64,000 nucleotides of DNA from Oculina patagonica (lineage: Eukaryota): the NCBI RefSeq assembly GCF_052425735.1, contig NC_135763.1, positions 17,236,001 to 17,300,000 of the forward strand, written 5' to 3'. The notes beneath the pieces were generated by a model that worked only from the letters and a program-made list of their open reading frames with translations, made no database searches and was not told the DNA's origin. This document shows positions 35,901 to 57,526 of this stretch, in pieces (position 1 is the stretch's first letter; each line of letters opens with the position of its first letter). The position numbers and the translations under genes are program-made.

Positions 35901-38189
35901 GCCACTGGAGGTCACAAGGACCAAAAAAAATAAAGAAATATGTGGAGTTTAATTGGAATTTCCAGATGGGTGGGGGGCCCTTTTAAAAATCCCTTCCATG
36001 GGAGGGGGGAGGTATGGGTATGTTGTGGAACTACACATTATAATTAAGTTATATGTACCACACATAGAAGTTTTCCATCTGTTGGTAGCCATCCCTTCTC
36101 GAGGCCATCAAAACAACTTGACAGTTCATCAAAACAATATGTTGCTTCGGGTATGTCTTCCAATTGAACATCAGCATTCTGCAAAGCTTGTGCCAAGTTC
36201 CTTCTGAGGTCATGCAGCGCACCTTGAAAGAGTCGGGACGTTGCACATGCAATGTTTTCCACTGTTCGTTGTGGAATACGATTTTCTTCTTTGATTTTCA
36301 CAAGGTAATTCAATGTCTTTTGCTGTAAATTTGCACCACTAGTTACATTCATTGATTCACTACCATCTTGTGATTCATCATCAGTTGAGCTGTCACCTTC
36401 CTGATCTCCAACAGTTTCAAAGGAAAAGAAAGGATCAGCACCAGGAACAGTGTCATCGGCTGAATCAACAGCTTCAGTTAACGACAAGGAGTCACTGTAT
36501 TCATCATGATCGCCAACACTTAATTCACACCAATTCCCTAGAAACAAGAAACCATCAATAATTTTACAAACAGTAATATTTAATAATTATAATTAATAAT
36601 TACTGTTTGCAAAAATTGCCAATAGCTGCTCTTTATGGCTTATCTTAAGAAATAAAATATTTTTTTAGTCACTAGTACCGCTGCTGTAGTACTTTTATTC
36701 CATCTTCTCTAATACTCCAGTCCAGTCCATGACCTCTGGCTCTCTCAAATTTCAATCGACACTTAACGATACTATCACAGACTTAATTTAAAAAAATGGT
36801 GGCTTAATACAGTTTTGAGGGGTAAAATTGCCAAACTTTTAACTTTTTTGTAAAATGCTCAAAATATTTACCTTCACAAGCTGCGTAACTCGGATCGGGA
36901 CTTCTCAGAAATCGATGATGTTTTTCACGCACGTGACGAACGAAGGTATTCGCTTTTTGGAAAGTCCTCCCGCAACCCTCTATGCCACACACGGTGTTCA
37001 ACTCTTCGAATTCCGTGGAATGCCTTGTGTTTATATGTGTTAATAAAATGCACAACTGAAGTGCCGCAAAACAAGCGCAAATAGCACATTTCCAAACCAT
37101 GTTAGCTTTATGTTCAGGACCTGTGAACGACTATTTGGAATTCGGGGAGTTTCGGAATTCGTCGTGTGAGAGCCGGAGATCTTTGACGGAGCCGGAGATC
37201 TCCACCCGTCAACGGTGTGGCCAATGAAATACTACCAAGATGTGTCGTCACGAATTCGTTTTGGCGGGAGTTGCCAGTAGTTTTTCGGGGTTTTTGCAAC
37301 CATGATGGATTCAGCGGACGAAGAGGTTGCTGGCTACCTTTCTGAGGGATTTACTCCACCGTCGAAGAAAAGAAAACGACAAGTAACTTGTCAACAGCTG
37401 GTCAGTTCTCTTAAGAGTCGTTGGGGACTTTCGGAATCAATATGTCGAGTTCTTGAAGGTTAGTAGTGAGGTCTAATAATGGCGATAATATTGACCAATG
37501 CAATACAATGTTACAGTAATGTGTTTCTTGTTTATTCAAAGAGAACGCTACTTCTCTAATTCTGTGACATTTTAGAATATGGCTGTTCACTCGTTTTAAG
37601 CTTAAATTATATTTCTTCTTTTACATTGTTAACTCGGCCGCTTTGGTATTATTGGAAAGTCACATTCAACAGTTTTATGGGTTAAATTTGCAGGCTAATG
37701 GCGCGCGCCCGCCCGCCACGATTGAAATCACAACAAAATTTGGCCGTTTTCAGCCGCTGCCGAATTGAACGGAATATAAAAATAACATCTTCAAACAGCG
37801 AAGAAATATCTTTTTAACAGTAAAAAAAACAAAAAAAGCGTGGATGGGCAAAACTTAAGAATATTTGAACGGATTGTATATGGGGTTTAACATTGTAAGA
37901 AACTGTTCATCCTATCAGTTTTTCAATCAACTACCATGTAAGAACGCTCAAGGTACATATTTCTCTATTATGAACCTTTGCTTGTGTCAATTAGAAGTAA
38001 AACATCCTCTAATGTTACGTTTCCTAACGAGTAGTTGAAAAAAAAAGGACTAGACTGACATTGATCATTCTTAATCCTGAGAACAGAGTACAAAGTAGTC
38101 AGTCAATGCACATCTCCGGCCAGGCAACGTTCCGTATTGTTGCAGTCCAATGGCTTCTTCTTGTAATTTTGCAAGTTGTTGTTGTGTGT

Positions 38190-38221
<32 letters not shown>

Positions 38222-41200
38222 TTGGGGGGGGGGGGGAGGGGCGAGGGGGTGGGGGTGTGGTTAAAACTTGGTGATGATGGTTTGCATTATGAAATTGTGC
38301 TCCAGAATCTGTAAAATTTCCAGGACAGTCATCTGACACTCTGCTATTTGTCTTTTTCCAAGAAAACAAAGTTGATGGAGACACTTTCATGAACTTAACA
38401 AGGGAAGACCTTCCTTACCTCCTAGGAAAGAAAAGTACTTTCAAAGAAAGAAAAGAGTTATGGGGCTGTCTGCAGCGAGTGGTAAGATCATTTGTCCAAA
38501 ACATGGAGCATTGAAACTAAAGTGAATATCCTTTCTGGGACAAAAACCTAGCCTTGGTTGCAGACAAAATTACCTTGCAGTGATGATGTTTTTAGGTTGT
38601 CAAAACTGTGAATGTAACTTATTTCTTATAGCGGGCTCTGTTGTCTTTGTTTATTTAGCAATACAGTGGCTTGAAGTCTCCTTTTAAAGAGGTGAGGAAA
38701 TTTAATGAATTTTATGTGTTAATGTAAATCTATATATGGAACGTAGCTGCCATTTCCAACAGCTACATTTTCTGTTATTTTACTGTTAGTATTACAACCT
38801 TACAATTAAGAGTAGTGTATGGCATTTTTGCATTGTTCTGAATGAAATAACATGTTACTTGCTAGCACATCAGAAACGGCAACACTAATATGTACTTCTA
38901 TTATAAGTTTAGCATTAAACTTGCACTAGATAACTTTTCTTTGGGTGTACTGGTACATGTATGTGACACAAACATATGCGAGAATATTTATTGTCTCTAT
39001 GGTTTTCATGTTAGAGAGAAAATGAAGAGTTGGCGGCCTCCCCTTCAAGTATCGATACTATGTCAGTGGAGAGTGATAGTGGAAGCGACAGGGCAACACC
39101 AACACAATCCCAACCTTCAACATCTAGATCAGTCCCAAAGTTGAAAAGGACTCATCGAATGGAACTGGAAAGACAGAACAGGGGACAGGAATCACCTGCA
39201 GAACAGGATTTGAGTAAACCCAGCATCCAGCTAGAGTCGTTCAAGTTTCCTGTATCTAAACGTGTCATGCAATATTGCAAAGAAGGAAAATCTCTTGAAG
39301 AAGAAGATAGAAAGCAGTTGATACGGGACTGTGTGACCTGCTTGAAAGCTGAGTGTGGGGACCATGTAACCAAGGAGCAATTCAAATCAGCCAGCCAGTT
39401 TATTTGTGGCAAAGTGCCAGTATTAAAGGATGTAAAACCACCACACTGGCCAGAAGATGAGGAGTTCCATTATTCTGTAAGTGATCTTACCTCCTCTGTC
39501 AGGGAATAAAATAATAAAGGGATAAATAATTAAATCTATAACCACAGTCTTGGACAGTTTGTGCCCTGATAGGGGTCAGTTTGTGTGTTTCCTCAAAATA
39601 GTTGTTTCTGGGGTAGAAGTAGTTTAACACTTAGAAAATTAAGTGTTACCTATTAAAGAAACCAAGCATATATTAGTCCAGTGAGAAATGTAGGTACAGT
39701 GTAGTACAATATCACTGTTGCCACTGAGAAAGTAACTTTCACTTTTTTAATTTATGAAACATACTGTACTTTTTTCCTTGCAGATGTTGTGATTTCAATT
39801 TATCTTTGGTTCAAAATTTTTCAAACCAGTTCAATTTTCATTTTCCTTTGTTGCAGTTTATGATAACGAATAGAAGTCCAATACTTTGATCAATTTTAAT
39901 CCAAAGCTAAATCACCACAGCATACATGCAACAATTGCCAAGTGCTTTTCTGCTGTATGACCTGTAAATGTTGGTGTACCTTTTAATTGTGTGGTTGATT
40001 CAGATTGATATTATGTTGTTTCCCTTCCAATAAGGCTTCTGTGGAGTATCTTCTCAAGAAAAGATACACAAATCTTAAAAGCAGAAAATCAAAAGACCCT
40101 GGAAAAGCTGTTAACCACCCAGTTCTTGACACAGTCACTGCTAAAGATGCTAACAGCCTGCACCAAGAACTCACCAAAGAGTTACAGAAAGGGCAAAAAA
40201 AAAACCCGGTCAATTGGGCAGCTGTGACAAGTTTACAGAAGTTGTCATTTTCGGCAAGGAAAGATGAGATACAAGCAATGTCTGGCACAAAGGTGGTAGA
40301 TCAAATCCTTGAGAAGTATCCATTCCTTGATAACGAAAGAATTGTAAGTGAAATAATTGTTTATATCCATGCACTGATTAGTTTCCATTAACAGAAATCA
40401 TTCAATTCAATTTTTACACTGATTATTATTTGGGAAGATTTTCAGGGTAATGTAATTGTAATAAATAACCATACAGTTCATAGGATGGTATGCCGGGTTG
40501 CAAAAATAACCAGTTGAAGGACACTTTATAGCCTCCCACAGGCTGTAGGCCTGGGTCACAATTACTATGGTGAGAAAAAAAAATGTTTTTCCCTGAATAG
40601 TTTAGGTATAAAAAAGAAGTGCATGTACCTTAGAATGCTAATGCCCTCAGCCCTTTAGTAAGATACCCATGCAAAACCTTAACAATTTCCTCTTTGCTTA
40701 TATTGGCAGCTGTGGAGTGAGTTGGAATTACACATTTCAGAAGAGCTAACGAAAGAGAATGTGCAGGTTGAGAAGTTTTTTGAGCGCTGGCGAAAAATTT
40801 CAAAATGCTTTGTTGATGAAGACTGTGATGAAGGTAACATCAAAAATTTTGTTTCTAGGGAACTTAATTAACACAATCTGCGCCCTCTGAATAATAGCCT
40901 TGGTGGGAGCAGTGACCTGAGGCTTAAAAGTCCTTTGATCTTTAAGAGGAGATTGTTTTTCTGCTTGCTGGCTAATGCATCTTTTGACAACATGAAAACT
41001 CTAAATTTAAGTGCAGGTAAAGGTTACAAGGTTACAGTATGCAGTGAAGAGGTAATGTTTGTGGTTTGTTGTTGGTGGAATTATTGTTCCATTGAGTTGC
41101 CCATTTCACACTGGGGTTCAGTGTTGAAGGTGGCACCTTTATGGACCAAAATCTACCAACTACGACCCAGAAACTTTACCTTTCGACCTTTCAGTATTAG

Positions 41201-43977
41201 GTCGGTGGCGGGCTGATTTTGTAGGTGAAAAGAAAATAAACAACAGTTAATGGTTGAGTTTGAAACTTTAAAGTTATGATATTAAAAGTAATAATTTTTA
41301 TTTCCATTCCCTATGCAGATGACCGTTGTTCTGCAGCACTGGAGAAAATGCCCAAAGTATTCAATTCATCTGCACCAGCACTTGTCTCATTCATACCAGT
41401 AAGTCTAGTACTTTGTGTCAATTAACACAGTAAAACACTTGTTGAGAAAAACGCAGTGCTTTTATCACTGATTTTTGTTACTAAACATGTTTTGGCTAAC
41501 TGACTTAGGCTTTTATTGTGTTTAAAGAGTTAGCTGATTGAAAGCCTAAAGTAAACATCAAATATCAAAGTCAGTGACAAAGCAGAAACTTTATCTTAAC
41601 AACTGTTATGTCGTGACTACATGCAGTTACTGGCTATAGTAAAACCCTGGTGTTGTATATATTATAGCACAGGACCAGAGAAAGTATTTACATTGGCATG
41701 GTAGTGATATTACTGAGTCTGGACTGTGAAAACTGGCTGTAAAGTGCAGATCTCTTGCAATATATCAATAAACTGCAAGGCTAACTAACTTATGAACTGC
41801 AACCTGAAATAGATAGTATATCTCATGTTAATTCTCATATGATTTTTTTTTTGTTCCAACAGCAAGGCAGTAGTCCAGAAGACTTCCTGAAGACATTGCC
41901 ATCAAATGACCCCCAGTTAGTTTGCTTCACTGGAGAAGATGACATTCGGGATCCTTCGTCATATCAGTGGTTCATAGTTGTAGACAAAGAAATTGTGCTA
42001 GAATGTGAATCTCCCTCAGGCTGTAAAGCCCTTATAACTTTAATTGCAGTGCATTTTGCTTTCAATCTTAAATACCACAGTAATCATGCAGCCATGTTTA
42101 AATTTATCCATGAACATGTGATTGGTGACATTCCCAGAAGGAAATCATATGCATTTAAAAAGCTGGAAAACACTCTTCTCTCTAAGTTAGAACTACCTAC
42201 CACTAATGGTGAGTAAGCATTAAGCAGTGTTTCCTTGAACATTACCTTCTAGTTGTCAAGATTGATGATGTATCGTGCACATTTCATTATTGAAGGTTTT
42301 GTTATCAATACACTTTAGAATGTGCAGTCTGTACACCTGTTGTTTTACTTTGATACTGAGTTCTGTGCTGGTTGTTTTACTTTTCATTCTGCAATATAAC
42401 AGTTAAATTGTGCAGATTTGTTCAAATTTATTCATGAACATGTGCTGGGTGACATTCCCAGAAGGAAATCATATGCATTTAAAAAGCTGGAAAACACTCT
42501 TACCTACCACTAATGGTGAGTAAGCATTAAGCAGTGTTTCCTTGAACATTACCTTCTAGTTGTCAAGATTGATGATGTATCATGCACATTTCATTATTGA
42601 AGGTTTTGTTATCAATACACTTAAGAATGTGCAGTCTGTACACCTGTTGTTTTACTTTGATACTGAGTTCTGTGCTGGTTGTTTTACTTTTCATTCTGCA
42701 ATATAACAGTTAAATTGTGCAGATTTGTTCAAATTTATTCATGAACATGTGCTGGGTGACTTGCCCAGAAGGAAATCATATGAGCTGGAAAACACTCCTC
42801 TCTAAGTTTTTGAGTATTCAAGATATTGTTAACCATATACTTAAAAATATGCAGTCGGCACACCTGTTGCGTTACTTTAATTCTTTAATACCGAGCTGTG
42901 TAGTTTGTTCTTTACGATATATGGGCTACTTTTGTGAACCCAGTATATTATTTGTAACTCAACTTGATGTTAAAGATGGCAGTCACTGAACTACAAAATA
43001 AATAAAATTAAAACATGTTTTGATTCAGTACAAGAGTTCCTTTCATTACTGCTCTTCATCACCATCCTAACTGGGTAAAAAAGTAATTTAGCTTTCGACT
43101 ATCAACATATTCCTTGCGTTATGAGAAAGTAGTAACATTTTTTGAGGTGTGGTTTGAACGACTCCATTCAAACTTGTATTGAGATCTGTATCCGATAAAG
43201 GTATCCTCGTTTTAAGAATACTAATCTTGTTTTGAGACTGTAGAGATCAAGTTCCTTTATTCTCAAAACAAGGCTCTTATCCTTATTTTAAGATACTGAG
43301 TTCCTATTTCAAGATTCCATACAATCTCGTTTTGAGGACATGAATGGTCTTATTTCAGGAACTCAAAATAAGAAAATTTCACCTTAATTCAAGGATACCC
43401 ACTTTAAGAGTGCATAAATCGAACTTCACGTTTAAACGCGGTTCAAACAAGTGCATTCATGAATGGACAAGGCATAATAATTGTTACTCTAGAAGCCAGT
43501 TCAGTCACAATCTTATACAGTAAAGTTAATAACCGGTTATAAATTACAAACATACAGCCGTTTAAACTAGTTGGCTTATCGGTGAAAAAACAATCGCAAT
43601 TAACAACACAGTGAAATCCGGGAGTGAAATTTTACCTCTGTTTCAATTTCAGGTCTTTTCCTCAAGTCGTCTCGAATTCGTCTTAGAACTTGAACCCCAG
43701 CATCCATAAATCCGTAAAACATCATCCTTTCTGTTTGAACAACCGTCAAATCTACATCACATCCCTCGATAGCAAAGCCGTTTGTCGACGAACCCACCAG
43801 AACGAGTTGCCGAGTCGGGAATATTTGCTTTATGTTTTGCTCTAAACTGTCGCACCACCTTTTCTTCTTTCTCGCTGTCGCTTCGCTTTCTTTTACCGAT
43901 TCATACTTTTGGATAATCTCACGAGTTAGCGATTCGCGTGAGCGTAGAAACATTGTTGTTCCCGAAATGTCTGACAT
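29938..43977 (-). CDS. GLD2/TENT2-like non-canonical poly(A) polymerase (terminal nucleotidyltransferase), 3 exons, ~338 aa
   Basis: Exons 43977-43636, 31026-30810, 30395-29938 (GT-AG, phases 0 and 1). Motifs LVGSSTNGFAIEGCDVDL, VPILKL..GDISV, KYWA..LSGFAVVLLVIYYLQ, IRIEDPFDGKNVTRAV. The start codon could lie further upstream. Confidence 0.85.
33792..37100 (-). CDS. CACTA/EnSpm-type DDE transposase with N-terminal C2H2-like zinc fingers (3 exons, ~885 aa)
   Basis: Exons 37100-36872, 36537-36059, 35741-33792, phase-consistent with no stops. Motifs YYISILKSI, YYDDVNVANPL, ADTPASNSLGG..CRHC, PQDIMHIFLEG, PKQHFLVH, GPLIRTWCMRFEAKH. N-terminal CAIC..H..H and CGIEGC..HVREKH. Confidence 0.9.
35840..36037. 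mobile_element. Degenerate MITE inside transposase intron 2
   Basis: TIRs TGTGTAGTTCCAGAAAATATC and GGTATGTTGTGGAACTACACA. Confidence 0.65.
37302..42216 (+). CDS. Transposon-encoded SAM-domain accessory protein, SAMD3-like (7 exons, ~534 aa)
   Basis: Exons 37302-37458, 38363-38481, 39015-39476, 40035-40343, 40710-40833, 41319-41398, 41863-42216; all GT-AG and in phase (1605 nt). NLS PPSKKRKR; SAM-like WGLSESICRVLEENKVDGDTFMNLTREDLPYLLG; C-terminal ALITLIAVHFAFNLKY..FKFIHEHVIG. Confidence 0.82.
42096..42900 (+). repeat. Tandem triplication (~310-bp unit) of the accessory gene 3' end and UTR
   Basis: AAATTTAT(C/T)CATGAACATGTG..GGTGAC..CCAGAAGGAAATCATATG recurs at about 42100, 42424 and 42731. 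Confidence 0.85.
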
Positions 43978-44706
43978 CGAGTTGACTCTTTCCCGGAAAA
44001 CCAGTCTACCTAGGGAGGGGCTAGACGGAAGACGAGTACGATTATGGAAACAAGGGAGGGGAGGTTAAGGCACGAGCGAGTTTTTTTTTATGGAAAAAAG
44101 GCCAAACGTCTTTGCTGAACGATCTGTGTTGATATAGAAAGGTGTTCCCGGAACTACAAGGAGAAACAGTAATTTTAATTAAGAGCAATTATTCCTTCCG
44201 GCATTCAGTGTTGCGCATTAATGTCATTTTTTGCATTTTGTTTTCACAGAGTTACAAATGCCCCACAGTGGAGACAAAATTAGCCAAGGTGTTCTCAGAG
44301 AAGACTGCAAATACCCTATCCCAGGAACCCCTTTGTGAGTAAATGTCCCACGGTGATGACTAACAACCTGCCAATTCCCAAAAGAATTCCTTGGCTTTGA
44401 AATGGGTCGGGGGCACGCGCCCGGGCGGTTCAGGGTCGGAAAGTGGGCGGGAGGGATCAGGGAATCAAAGTGGTCATCGATTGCAGTTTAGGCCGAGGAT
44501 TGAATCGTACGTTACATTATGGAAAAAGTTATTGTACAAGATTTTTAGAACCTGAGAGAAGGGTGCAACCTTGCGATTGTTGGTCCGCTACACCCCCGCG
44601 CAGCGACAGACTGGGGACCAGTGGTTTCGTGTTTATACATCAAAGCGAGGCTGATCGTCAATTCAACATGGCGGTCGGTCTCTGACAGAAGGTTTTGTTT
44701 TTTGTC

Positions 44707-55859
<11,153 letters not shown>

Positions 55860-57363
55860 GTTCTGAAAACTACTGTTTCCTTTCTGAATCTACCACTTCA
55901 TCCCCATGGCAGCCAGACGAAAGGCGGGAAAGCTACATGTTGCATACATACATGTATATCCGGCCGCGGGTTCTGTGCAAACGGTTTTTCCCGCCATTTA
56001 GTGACACCGTGCGTCGCAGCCAACAGTGTTTTCCCACCAGAAAGTGTCACGTGCATCGCAGCCTCCGTTGTTTTTCCCGCCATGAAGTGTTACGTCCTTC
56101 GCATCTTACAGTGATTTTTCCCGCCATGAAGTGTCACTCGAAAAGGAGTCGTGTGTATATAGAAATTAAAATCAAGTCACTTGGTGTAGAATATTTCACG
56201 ATACACCACTCGAAGAAACTCCGTAATTAGATCTAGAATTTTCTTGATAGTGATGTTAGCCACACGAACACCTTCAATAGTTTTCTTTCCATAGTTTAAT
56301 GAAAACTAGAAAGGATAAATTGTATGTAAAGGTTCTTTCGGCCAGCTGAAATGCAGTATTTTGCTTTGGTTTACTGTAAAATCTACCGAGTAACTTGACT
56401 TTCGTTGTATACGCACGAGCCTCAAGCCTTTCACCAACGGGCATTTCGGGCCACTGTATCGCCAAAATATTCAGAGGACGGGGGTAGCTTGAGGCATAAT
56501 TCAAGGTGACGATTGAAAACGAGGATTGAATGTTGGTCAGAGCTTTCAAATCTTGCTCTCTTTTTGTTATCTTTAGTGATATCACCTATTGCTAGCTAAT
56601 CTTTGTATTATTTTAGTAACACGTTTCTTATTTTTCAATTCTCTTTATATGGCTCACCTCTTACAAATTCAATTTATTTTTGCTGTTGTATAAATGATGA
56701 AATAAACAAATTGTACATGTATGTGTAATATATAATTATCTCACTGTTTGTACTTTTTCCTTGTCCAGGTAACAGACAAGTTTTTTGCTCTTCCTAACCC
56801 TTCTTGAGCCAAACTGATTTTTTTCCACTGCTTATCATAGGCGTCGGAGCGGTTGGACTGCATGCATTCCCCCCCCCCCCCCCAACAGTTTTTTTTTTTT
56901 TTTTTTTTTGGGGGGGGGGGGTGGAGGGCACAGTACACAAATTGTTTTATCAGGATCGTGCTTGACGGGATAATTTGGTTTAGAACTTTTAACAAAACTC
57001 CTTTCCCTAAAACGCTTTAGGAGAGGTCCGCAATCTGTTAAGATTGTATTTGACAAGCATCGGCGACTTCAGGGCGTACATTTTCTGCCCTCCGACGTCT
57101 AAAGAACAACCAAAAAAGCACCATGAAGCAGGATCGTCTGCGCTGTCTAGTTATGTAATTGTGCCCCCCCCCCCCTCCCGGGGATAATGTGTTTGGCTTG
57201 GAGTATGATGGGCCTTCAAGTTTCAAAACGCTCCGTCGCCTCGGAGATTAATCAAACTCGCAACGGTGAATACAACAGTTTTATTTGCACACTGTTCACA
57301 CTAAAATTCACAGTGAAATATATGTTGAATACATTTCTTCAGAAAAATGTAAGTACGGTTATA

Positions 57364-57526
57364 TAGAGCGTTTTCACTCACGTGATCAGTGGCCATATTG
57401 GTTTACTAAAACAAAAGTTTTTGAATAAATTTGAGTTTCATTGCCGGAGGAATGACTTGGTACACCGCCGTTCCTTTGTTTTTGAACACCAATATGGCTG
57501 CCGTGACGTCACATGAAAACGCTCTA
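57364..57526. mobile_element. Short MITE
   Basis: TIRs TAGAGCGTTTTCA and TGAAAACGCTCTA. Confidence 0.65.

Larger units (their letters stand above)
32708..43412. mobile_element. Full-length CACTA/EnSpm (CMC) DNA transposon, 10,705 bp
   Basis: Termini CACTCTTAAA and TTTAAGAGTG, with further similarity ATCCTT(A/G)AA(G/T)TAAGGT; 3-bp TSD CAT at 32705-32707 and 43413-43415; subterminal TCTY-N6-RAGA arrays at both ends; two internal genes. Confidence 0.92.
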
